NCBI GenBank assembly: GCA_050014195.1
Contig: JBEKDT010000004.1
Location: 96,001-160,000, forward strand
Origin: Desulfomonilia bacterium
GTDB taxonomy: Bacteria; Desulfobacterota; Desulfomonilia; UBA1062
Length of the DNA: 64,000 nucleotides
Reading direction: 5' to 3'
In this document: positions 54,976-63,137 of the stretch, piece by piece
How the letters are laid out: each line of letters starts with the position of its first letter
Position numbering within the stretch: position 1 is the first letter of the stretch
Program-made: the position numbers and the translations under genes
The notes under the pieces: model-generated
The model's database searches: none
Seen by the model: only the letters and a program-made list of their open reading frames with translations
What the model was told of the DNA's origin: nothing

Positions 54976-56211
54976 CTATGCCCAGTTCTTCGAGGATGAC
55001 CATTCAATCGGATTTAACCTAGGCAACTTTTTTTTGTTTGTTTTCTGGTGACCCAGGATAAGAATTCTATCAGTCTTTGTGGCCTGTCCACGGGTGTGCT
55101 TCCAGATACGGCTTACCTTATGCTCAGATGGTACTTCATCAACTATAACTGCAATACGATGCCAATCAAGCTTGGATGCAATTTCAGCCCAGACACACTC
55201 AGCAAGATTGGTAATTTTACCAGTACTCTTCTCCATGACATCACCAAAGATTAGACAGAGATATCCATCATCTCGTACGGCCTCCTTAAGTTGCTCTAGA
55301 ACTACATTCATGAATGCAAGGTATTTTCTAAGAGAACTTGTTGAGATAAGCTTTTGATCTACATTCTTAGAATCCTGCTTAAGCATCCATAAGCGTATCC
55401 AATTATATTTTCCATAACGTATAACACTTAAATATGGGGGTGAAGTGAAGACCAGCTTAGCTGGATTATTCCGAAGATCTTTTGGAAAAGGATCTCTCAC
55501 ATCTTGTCTCCAGGCATGTCCTCGTGTCCCATCTTCATTTGGTAAGTGCATCCTAGCCAACTTCGATTCCATTAAATCAAAGACATCAATATAAGGTGGA
55601 ATCAGTCCATTGTCTTTGATGTATCGACGTACGTATCCTGGTGCCATTGAGAATGTGTTTGGCATACTAATCGAAAGACCTCTTGCTGGTCTTCCTGGCT
55701 TATAATTCGCATGCATGATTCCAAGCAGTAGAGCCAATAAGAAACGATCAGTACGATCAGTGCTATTAAGCGAATCACGTAACCATAAGAGTTGCCCAAG
55801 AACAATTGGGTGATAAAGCATTTGGATGTCATCTGGAGCCTCTGCGGGGTTACCAGGGCAACATGCCTTACGGAGTATATGAATTCGGTCAAGAGCCTCT
55901 TTTTGAGAAGGTGGGTTTACCTTTGCACCAGTTAATATGTAAGCTAATGGGTTTGCATCAGAACCAAAGCCAATGCGCCCTAGACGGCATGCCTCCATGG
56001 GGGTTGTACCTCTACCTGAGAATGGATCATAAACGATATCCCCTGCATCAGTCAGCCAGCGGATGAAAACATGTGGAATATGTGGCGGGAACATAGCAAA
56101 ATAAGAGCAAAGAGAGTGCAAGGGATGGCCCCAGCGTCTTGGTGCTATATGCCACTGTTGATTAATATGGCTGGTACATACTTTTAAACTTCGGGCGTAA
56201 TTCTCAGACAA
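54976..56211 (-). CDS. Amino (N4-C/N6-A) DNA methyltransferase, alpha order
   Basis: H..CSYFAMFPP, motif I YDPFSGRGTT, motif IV FTSPPY; TTG start with GGAGG RBS. Confidence 0.88.
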   Translation of the reverse strand: MSENYARSLKVCTSHINQQWHIAPRRWGHPLHSLCSYFAMFPPHIPHVFIRWLTDAGDIVYDPFSGRGTTPMEACRLGRIGFGSDANPLAYILTGAKVNPPSQKEALDRIHILRKACCPGNPAEAPDDIQMLYHPIVLGQLLWLRDSLNSTDRTDRFLLALLLGIMHANYKPGRPARGLSISMPNTFSMAPGYVRRYIKDNGLIPPYIDVFDLMESKLARMHLPNEDGTRGHAWRQDVRDPFPKDLRNNPAKLVFTSPPYLSVIRYGKYNWIRLWMLKQDSKNVDQKLISTSSLRKYLAFMNVVLEQLKEAVRDDGYLCLIFGDVMEKSTGKITNLAECVWAEIASKLDWHRIAVIVDEVPSEHKVSRIWKHTRGQATKTDRILILGHQKTNKKKLPRLNPIEWSSSKNWA

Positions 56212-56374
56212 AATATGACCTCCATACCCTATGCTCCCAACACCATATATAAATTAAGACACATGTTTGGAGTGGCTGAACAGAAAATACATTAATGATC
56301 AGCATAGAAACCCCTCGTTCTATTGAATAACATTACATTTTTCTTTTACTCCGCCGCTAAATAAGCGTCAATGG

Positions 56375-56443
56375 GAGAAATTGGGGACGGGTTCACATTA
56401 AACTTACCCAACTTTTGAAATATGAACCCGTCCTCGATTTCTC
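56375..56443 (-). mobile_element. ~68-bp MITE-like element, copy 1
   Basis: Arms GAGAAATTGGGGACGGGTTCA / TGAACCCGTCCTCGATTTCTC; inverted copy at 58324-58390, partial copy at 61098-61148. Confidence 0.75.
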
Positions 56444-56480
56444 TCCTCTTTCTTTCAGGCAGGGCCTTTGAACAGTTCGG
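56441..56480 (-). pseudogene. Duplicate of the last codons, stop and trailer of the enoyl-CoA hydratase gene at 57352-58110
   Basis: Aligns to 57340-57377 (3 mismatches + 2-nt indel); encodes ELFKGPA-stop versus ELFKDPA-stop. Confidence 0.8.
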
Positions 56481-56492
56481 AATTCCGGGGGA

Positions 56493-56517
56493 ATTCCGGG
56501 GACACAATACTTAATTC
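56493..56517 (+). repeat. 25-bp inverted repeat, right copy
   Basis: ATTCCGGGGACACAATACTTAATTC, preceded by a tandem GAATTCCGGGG duplication. Confidence 0.85.
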
Positions 56518-56652
56518 CGCATAAAATACGGGGACACCATACTAGTTTTTCAGCAATAGATAAATTGGGGCAAGCAAAAATAAAACTGCCCTTTTTTCCT
56601 GTCTCCCTTTATGAATGTTGATTTTTAATTAATAATTAATTATATATTCATT

Positions 56653-56940
56653 ATGATCAGTTTCTCCTGGGACCACCGGAAGAGTGTTGCCAACAGACAG
56701 AAGCATGGTGTGTCCTTTGAAGAAGCCAAGACAGTGTTCTACGACGAGCATGCTGTCAGATACTATGACCCGGATCATTCAGGGGATGAAGACCGGTTCA
56801 TCATGCTGGGGCTCAGCTTGCACTTGCGGACTTTGGTGGTGCACCACAGTTATAGACAGGACAATTCGGTCATCAGGATCATATCGGCAAGGAAGGCCAC
56901 CGCATCGGAGGAAGAAGCCTACTGGAAGGAGCGACCATGA
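56653..56940 (+). CDS. brnT: BrnT-family ribonuclease toxin
   Basis: FSWD..K...N.QKHGVSFEEA..VF.D, DHS.DEDRF..LG, IRIISARKAT. Confidence 0.92.
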   Translation: MISFSWDHRKSVANRQKHGVSFEEAKTVFYDEHAVRYYDPDHSGDEDRFIMLGLSLHLRTLVVHHSYRQDNSVIRIISARKATASEEEAYWKERP

Positions 56941-57167
56941 GAAAAGAATACGATTTCAGCAAAATGAAAGCCCAGAAGAACCCGTACATCAAGGATTTGA
57001 AGACCCAGATAACCATACGCCTCGATAGAGAAACGGTGGAGTATTTCAAGGCGCTGGCCAAGAAAACCGGCATGTCCTACCAGAACCTGATAAACCTATA
57101 CCTGAGGGAATGCGCCCAGGCAAAGATGGAGCCCACCATCAAGTTTCACACCTCAGCGGGGTCATGA
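56937..57167 (+). CDS. brnA: BrnA-family (RHH) antitoxin
   Basis: MRKEYDFS, KNPY, ITIRLD..TVEYFK, YQNLINLYL; ATGA overlap with brnT. Confidence 0.9.
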   Translation: MRKEYDFSKMKAQKNPYIKDLKTQITIRLDRETVEYFKALAKKTGMSYQNLINLYLRECAQAKMEPTIKFHTSAGS

Positions 57168-57191
57168 GATCGGTAACGGCGTATCCTTGGG

Positions 57192-57239
57192 AGATAGGGG
57201 GCAGGTCTTGCTTTTTGCCTATTCCGGCAATTCCGGGGA
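57192..57239 (+). repeat. Direct repeat copy 2 (partner 39004-39052)
   Basis: AGATAGGGGGCAGGTCTTGCTTTTTGCCTATTCCGGCAATTCCGGGGA. Confidence 0.75.
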
Positions 57240-57351
57240 CAGTAGACTACTATTGAAAAAATGGGTCAGAGTCCATCTTCTCCATATCAACCGTGTGCTT
57301 TTCCGAGAAGCTCATCCCTCTCCCTTTCCCCCGGTAAAACTCTCCTTTCTT

Positions 57352-58110
57352 TCATGCAGGGTCTTTGAACAGCTCGGCATAGATCAGCGCCTGGTTGCGG
57401 TTCTCCACACCCAGGGCCTGCTCCAGGCCGCCGATGTCCATATTGATGTTGATTGCCTCCTTGGTCAGGCGCAACCCTGCCGGGTTCTTACCGTTCATGT
57501 TCCTCGCAAATTCCAGTGCGGTGTCCATCAGAATGTCCCGCTCGACCACGCGGCTGACAAACCCGAGACTCATGGCCTCCTGGGCTGACATGAAATTGCC
57601 GGTAAGCATGAATTCATAGGCCCGGCCCGCCCCGATCATGCGGGGCAGGAAGTAGCTGCAGGCCATGTCAGCACCCCCGAAGCCGATATTGATGTAGGCT
57701 GCCGAGAACCGGGCGTCAGAGCTTATGATGCGGATATCAGATGACAGGGCGAAGCTGAACCCGATCCCAGCGGCAGCACCATGAACGATGCAGACGATGA
57801 CCTGCGGAGCCTGCCGCATCCTGAGCATCAGCTTGGCCATACGGACCTGCGCGTGATAGAACTGATGGGAGTTCATCTTATGCCGGATCTCCATGGCCTC
57901 ATTCATGTCGAGTCCCGCGCAGAAACCTTTCTCTCCGTTTCCCTTCAAGATGATCACGTGAGTGTCCACATCGTTTTCACGCTCGGACCAGAAATGCTCC
58001 AGCTCCATCATCATGTGCTGATTTACTGCATTGTACTTCTCCGGACGGTTAAGAGACAGGATTCCGATGCCCGGCTCGCATGTTTCGTATCCGATCGTTT
58101 CGTAGCGCAT
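57352..58110 (-). CDS. Enoyl-CoA hydratase/isomerase family protein
   Basis: LNRPEKYNA, FCAGLDM, HGAAAGIG, SYFLPRMIG. RBS GGGGAGG favours ATG 58110. Confidence 0.92.
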   Translation of the reverse strand: MRYETIGYETCEPGIGILSLNRPEKYNAVNQHMMMELEHFWSERENDVDTHVIILKGNGEKGFCAGLDMNEAMEIRHKMNSHQFYHAQVRMAKLMLRMRQAPQVIVCIVHGAAAGIGFSFALSSDIRIISSDARFSAAYINIGFGGADMACSYFLPRMIGAGRAYEFMLTGNFMSAQEAMSLGFVSRVVERDILMDTALEFARNMNGKNPAGLRLTKEAININMDIGGLEQALGVENRNQALIYAELFKDPA

Positions 58111-58323
58111 GCAGACAACCTCCCCCACCAGAAAATGCCTGTGCCGATCAATGTACTTACATCTGTAACAGAGTATATGCATTTTATAAACGAACAAAAA
58201 GAGGACCGATTTATTTTCCAGCTTTCCTGGGTCGTCCTCGGCCACGCAATTCTATCCTGATCCTCAGACGGGATTCACCTTCATCAATGAATTTTCTCGG
58301 ACAAATCAATTGACCTCCATCGC

Positions 58324-58390
58324 AGAAATCGGGAACGGGTTCATATTTCAAAAGTTTGGGGTAAGTCTTAATGTGAACCCGTCCCCGATT
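58324..58390 (+). mobile_element. ~68-bp MITE-like element, copy 2
   Basis: AGAAATCGGGAACGGGTTCATATTTCAAAAG...TAATGTGAACCCGTCCCCGATT. Confidence 0.75.
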
Positions 58391-58448
58391 CCATAGGTTT
58401 GCTTTCTTGGTTAAGAGTTCACTTCACAGGCGGGTCGTGAACGCGTGA

Positions 58449-58562
58449 TTATTTTTTGGACAGCTTGCTAATCACGACAACCAGCAGGACCACCACCAGT
58501 ACGCCGATCACCATCCAGACCCACATCCCTCCGCCCATTCATCCGTATGTATTGTTCATCAT
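58449..58562 (-). pseudogene. Small single-TM peptide gene with in-frame TGA at codon 8
   Basis: MMNNTYG*MGGGMWVWMVIGVLVVVLLVVVISKLSKK-stop, with purine-rich RBS; not in the ORF track. Confidence 0.55.
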
Positions 58563-58778
58563 AAAGCCCCTTTCGTTGCACTGCGCCTGGCCCACCACCG
58601 CCGGGCCAACAAGAACGTGAGCGGAGGTAGCAGCGTCATTTGGAGTAGCGGCCACAGCCCCGCACCAAGCACGGACACAACGGGCATGCGCTCCGTGTAC
58701 GATCAGCGCCTGACGGCACGTCCAATCTTGCTGTCCTGCAAGATTGTGATCTTCGGCCTTTCCTGCCTTCGCCGCTCT

Positions 58779-60116
58779 TTACCGCACCTGTTTGAAACCA
58801 CTACCCGGCACAAAGCAGTACGGGCATTGCTCAGGCGGTTCATCTCCCAGGTGTACATAACCGCACATGGGGCATCGCCAGGCCTTGGTGCCCTGCATGG
58901 TATCGTTGAATTCGCCTTTTTCATCCTCCCATCTGAGGATGGGCAGGTCGCTCAACGAAGGCATGACCGGTTTATAGGAACTGAAGAGGTGCCCGGAGAG
59001 GATCAGGTGCTGGATCTCCGATGTGCCTTCATAGATGCGCAGCAGACGGATGTCCCGCATGAGCTTCTCCACGGGATACATCTTGGTGTAGCCATACCCG
59101 GCCATGATTTGGACGGCATCGTTCACCACCTCGAAGGCGGTCTCGGTGGCATAGAGCTTGGCGATGGAGGCTGTGGTTTTGGTGACAACTCCCTGATCCA
59201 CCTCACAGGCGGCTTTCCAGGTCAGGAGCCGGGCCGTCTCGATCTTCATAAACATCTCGGCCAGTTTGAACTGGATGGCCTGATTGTTAGCGATGGGGGT
59301 CCCGAAGGTGTGGCGTTTCTTGGCATAGTCCAGGGCAAACTCCATGGCCGAGCGGGCCGCTCCCACGCCGAAAGCCCCGATGGCAGGCCTGGTCTGGTCA
59401 AAGGTTTTCATGGCCAGGATAAATCCTTCGCCGGGTTGGGCCAGGATATTTTCCTTGGGCACCCGCACATCCTTGAACTGGATGCCAGTCGTGTTTGAAC
59501 AGCGCTGCCCCAGCTTGGGGATGGTTTTGCCAATGGATACACCTTTGCCCTTCAGGTCCACCACAAAGGCCGCAATGCCCTGATGACTCAGTTTAGGGTC
59601 CGTGGTGGCAAAGACGCTCATGTAATCCGCTATGCCCCCGTTGGTGATCCAGTACTTGGTCCCGTTGAGGATATAATCGTCACCATCTTTTTGGGCACGG
59701 CATCGCATGCCGGCCACATCGGAACCCATGGTCGGTTCCGAGGTACCGAAGCAGATGAGTTTGAACTGTTTGGCGATCTCGGGGAGGTAGCGCTGCTTGA
59801 TCTGGTCTTTGTCCGAGAGCAGGATCGGGGCATATCCCAGGGAATTATCGTATAACGAGGTGGCCAGTCCGGAACAGCCGGCGGCGAATTCCTCGATGGC
59901 GATAACCCCGGCCAGGAGCCCGAGCCCCGGCCCGCCATATGCTTTGGGGATATCGGCATTCATCAGGCCTTGATCGAAGGCCTTGCGGAGCAGGAACAGC
60001 GGGATTTCGCCGCGTTCGTCATAGTACCAGGCAATCGGGAGAATCTCATGAAGCATGAACTCACGTGCGGCTTTCTGAACGGCCTTCAGTTCCTCGGTGA
60101 TCGTAAAGTCCAACAT
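58779..60116 (-). CDS. Acyl-CoA dehydrogenase with C-terminal rubredoxin-like domain
   Basis: SEP.MGSD, LNGTKYWITNG, R.TFG.PI..NQAIQF.LA, IYEGTSEIQ; tail WRCPMCGYVH..PPEQCPYC. Confidence 0.93.
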   Translation of the reverse strand: MLDFTITEELKAVQKAAREFMLHEILPIAWYYDERGEIPLFLLRKAFDQGLMNADIPKAYGGPGLGLLAGVIAIEEFAAGCSGLATSLYDNSLGYAPILLSDKDQIKQRYLPEIAKQFKLICFGTSEPTMGSDVAGMRCRAQKDGDDYILNGTKYWITNGGIADYMSVFATTDPKLSHQGIAAFVVDLKGKGVSIGKTIPKLGQRCSNTTGIQFKDVRVPKENILAQPGEGFILAMKTFDQTRPAIGAFGVGAARSAMEFALDYAKKRHTFGTPIANNQAIQFKLAEMFMKIETARLLTWKAACEVDQGVVTKTTASIAKLYATETAFEVVNDAVQIMAGYGYTKMYPVEKLMRDIRLLRIYEGTSEIQHLILSGHLFSSYKPVMPSLSDLPILRWEDEKGEFNDTMQGTKAWRCPMCGYVHLGDEPPEQCPYCFVPGSGFKQVR

Positions 60117-60319
60117 AGCTTTTCTCCTTTGGGCCTAGAGGACACCCTGCCTCACAGCCATAACAAGATCATGACTGCCGCGATTCCCTCCCACAAGCTT
60201 GGGATTAATATAGTAACCAGCAGGCCTGTGGGAAGCAAGGGAGGTGGATATGTCCCTTGCCTTCCGAAACTATCTTCCTAATATAACTTGGACAAGCTCA
60301 CCACGAGAGGAGATCATGC

Positions 60320-60556
60320 ATGACAAAATCAACAAAACTGGCACTCTTCGGACATAGGCAATGCGGGTCCAAATTTTTTACGCATCTGAACGACGAAAAA
60401 ATGCTCCAGTATAAAGGCATGTGTCCGAATCCCAGCTGCAACCACTATGTAGAGCTCCTCCCCGAAGAGCTCTACACTTCGACCGACAAGGCACGCCGGG
60501 ATTACATCAAGAAAAAGACTAACGGCGAGCATGATGATATTTTCTGGCATATGTGA
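60320..60556 (+). CDS. Small hypothetical protein, possible zinc ribbon
   Basis: RBS GAGGAG; HRQCG...CPNPSC. Confidence 0.7.
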   Translation: MTKSTKLALFGHRQCGSKFFTHLNDEKMLQYKGMCPNPSCNHYVELLPEELYTSTDKARRDYIKKKTNGEHDDIFWHM

Positions 60557-60796
60557 AAGCGTGGACCATGGAGCGTAGCAGACCATCCGTCACGCCTATG
60601 TTTTTGGAGGGGAAACGGGGTCAGAGACGATTTTTATAAATCGACTCCGACCTTGTTTTTCACATCGCTATCCAAAAGACAGCACGGTAACCGTGCTTTC
60701 GGAAATATGGCCTGTCTCCTCTTCGTATCGAGGCTGGTATAATGACTCATGTAACTAACTGGGAAAAGAGGCTGGATTCATCCTGGAGGTAACTCT

Positions 60797-60961
60797 ATGT
60801 CCTTGATAATTTATCTCATCGGTTTTGCTTTTGTCATTGGCGGCATTGCGTGGGCCCTTATTGTCGCGAAATTGAGCGCCGTTTATGTGATGATTGCTGT
60901 CGTCATACTTGTCGGTGTCGGTATCTTAACCGGGGTGACCCGTACCCGCACTAAAGATTGA
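60797..60961 (+). CDS. Small two-TM membrane protein (54 aa)
   Basis: RBS GGAGGT; MSLIIYLIGFAFVIGGIAWAL...GILTGVTRTRTKD; below the ORF-track cutoff. Confidence 0.7.
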   Translation: MSLIIYLIGFAFVIGGIAWALIVAKLSAVYVMIAVVILVGVGILTGVTRTRTKD

Positions 60962-61097
60962 TCCGGAATTATTCCCTTTCCTTGAGTTTTTATTTTGATG
61001 ACCGAACTCTGCGAACCAGGGGAAAGAGAGAGGCCGCCGGTGATTTCGGATGAAGAGCCGATGGTAGTGTACACCGAAAGCAGGTGAACGAATATGA

Positions 61098-61148
61098 AGA
61101 AATCGGGGATGGGTTCATATTTCAAAAGTTTGGTGTAAATTCTTAATG
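61098..61148 (+). mobile_element. MITE-like element, truncated copy 3
   Basis: AGAAATCGGGGATGGGTTCATATTTCAAAAGTTTGGTGTAAATTCTTAATG, running directly into the GGAGG RBS of the next gene. Confidence 0.7.
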
Positions 61149-61156
61149 GAGGCTTC

Positions 61157-62539
61157 ATGGATCTCACACCCCTGTTCGAACCAAAAAGTATCGCTGTCAT
61201 TGGCGTTTCCCTCACGAATGATCTCAATCCCGCGAATATCATTTACTATAAAAACTATCTGCGCTATCCCGTGAAAGCCTACGGGGTGAACCCGCGCGCC
61301 GGGCTCCTTAAGGGTCAACAGGCATATTCAAGCATCAGGGATGTTCCTGAACAAATCGATCTGGCAATCATTGCCGCCCAGGCGGAAAGGGTACCCTCCA
61401 TCATGGAAGAATGCATTAAAGCCGGAGTTAAGGGGGCTGCCATCATCTCCGGAGGCTTTGCTGAAATCGGCAGGGTTGATCTTCAGGACCGGATTGTAGC
61501 CATTGCCAAAGAAGCCGGATTCCCTTTTATTGGCCCTAACTGTCTGGGCATTTACTCAGCATCGCGCATGGATACTTTTTTCCTGCCCTCGGAGCGGATC
61601 GACACACCCAAGAAAGGCAATGTTGCTTTAATCAGCCAGAGCGGTGGTGTGCTCGTAGATCAGATGATCCGTTTTTCATCCGAGGGTGTGGGAATGTCGC
61701 TCGGCATAAGTATTGGCAATAAGGCCTTCATCAAGGAAAAAGACCTCCTGGACTACCTTGCCGATAAGCAGGAAACCAAGGTTATTTCATTTTATGTTGA
61801 AGGTTTTGGTGCTGATGAGGGCCGGGAATTTATGGAAAAAGCTCAAAAAACCGGCAAACCGGTGATTGTTCTCAAATCCGGCAAGTCACCCGGAGGCAGT
61901 CGCGCCATAACCAGCCACACCGCATCCCTGGCAGGTGATTACACCGTGTTTTCTTCCGTGCTTGCACAATACGGTCTTGTCGAAGCCAGGAATATGCTGG
62001 AGCTTGTCTACTTCAGTCAATCTCTAAGCGCATACCAAGTATCTACCAAAGGCCGCGTCGGTATACTTACAATCAGCGGCGGCCATGGTGCATTGGCGAC
62101 TGATATGTGCATGGAGCTGGGCCTTACGGTACCCACCCTGCATGAGGTAGATCAGGAGGCAATCCGGCAGGGACTATCGCCAAGCATTCAGTCTATCGCT
62201 TCATGCATTAACCCGGTGGACCTGACAGGCAGTGCGGTTGATCAGGATATCGCGTCGGCTGCCATGACCATGTCCCTGCTCAAAGATATCGACTGCCTCA
62301 TCATCCTCATCCTGCCATACGCCCCCGGCATGTCCCAGGACCTTGGCGCCATCCTCGGTTCAGTTCCGAGAAGATCGAATATGCCGCTTATTGCTTATCT
62401 TCCCAGGCTTGATAAATACAGAATCCTCATCGAGGGTTTTGAAATGAATAATGTCCCGGTTGCCCACAGCATCGAAGGTGCTATACACATGGCGAAAGCA
62501 TTGATGAAATATAAGGGTGGAGCCGGAACCAAGGGGTAG
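61157..62539 (+). CDS. ADP-forming acyl/acetate-CoA ligase alpha-type subunit (CoA-binding)
   Basis: LFEPKSIAVIG, ISGGFAE, IGPNCLG, SQSGG, phospho-His SHTASLAG, NPVDLTG; no ATP-grasp domain. Confidence 0.9.
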   Translation: MDLTPLFEPKSIAVIGVSLTNDLNPANIIYYKNYLRYPVKAYGVNPRAGLLKGQQAYSSIRDVPEQIDLAIIAAQAERVPSIMEECIKAGVKGAAIISGGFAEIGRVDLQDRIVAIAKEAGFPFIGPNCLGIYSASRMDTFFLPSERIDTPKKGNVALISQSGGVLVDQMIRFSSEGVGMSLGISIGNKAFIKEKDLLDYLADKQETKVISFYVEGFGADEGREFMEKAQKTGKPVIVLKSGKSPGGSRAITSHTASLAGDYTVFSSVLAQYGLVEARNMLELVYFSQSLSAYQVSTKGRVGILTISGGHGALATDMCMELGLTVPTLHEVDQEAIRQGLSPSIQSIASCINPVDLTGSAVDQDIASAAMTMSLLKDIDCLIILILPYAPGMSQDLGAILGSVPRRSNMPLIAYLPRLDKYRILIEGFEMNNVPVAHSIEGAIHMAKALMKYKGGAGTKG

Positions 62540-62600
62540 ATAGGGGAATTCTAAGGGACAGCGGTTGTTTATCTATTACCGAGATCAGGAGGAAAAGAGA

Positions 62601-62987
62601 ATGGACGAGCAATTCAAACAACACGGGGCGTTTAGTTGGTGTGAGCTGATGACAACGGACGTGGCGGCGGCGAAAGTCTTCTACACCAAGTTGTTCGGAT
62701 GGGACAGTGAAGCCATGTCAATGCCGGGGATGACCTACACCGTGGTCAAAGCTGGAGGTAAGGGAATTGGAGGGATCATGGCGATGCCGAAAGATGCACC
62801 CAAGGGGATGCCTCCGATGTGGGGTGCCTACGTCACCGTCGATGATGTTGACCAGACTGCGAAGACTGCGGAAAAACTTGGCGCCAAGATATTGATGCCG
62901 CCCACCGACATTCCAACCGTCGGTCGATTTTGTGTGATTCAAGATCCGCAGGGTGCTGTAATCAGCGCCATTACCTATAAAATGTAA
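62601..62987 (+). CDS. VOC/glyoxalase family protein
   Basis: FSWCELMTTD, FY.KLFGW, YVTVDDVD, GRF.VIQDPQGA. Confidence 0.9.
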   Translation: MDEQFKQHGAFSWCELMTTDVAAAKVFYTKLFGWDSEAMSMPGMTYTVVKAGGKGIGGIMAMPKDAPKGMPPMWGAYVTVDDVDQTAKTAEKLGAKILMPPTDIPTVGRFCVIQDPQGAVISAITYKM

Positions 62988-63137
62988 CTGTCGCGCAGGG
63001 TCGGCTGAGACAGGAATAGAAGCAAGAGGGAATAATAAAGGGACAGTGCCTATTTTCCTTCCTTCTATTTCTGTCTCCCTTGGGGAAGCGCCCGAAGGAA
63101 AGAGAATTTTCCTGCTTTCTCTCTTATGATCCCCCCT

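Noticed and set aside
58539-58541. Selenocysteine recoding of the TGA in the micro-ORF
   Set aside because: Context suggests Trp rather than Cys; no SECIS-like hairpin seen downstream.
38880-63060. CRISPR array or classical integron
   Set aside because: No regularly spaced repeat-spacer units, cas genes, intI gene or convincing attC sites seen.
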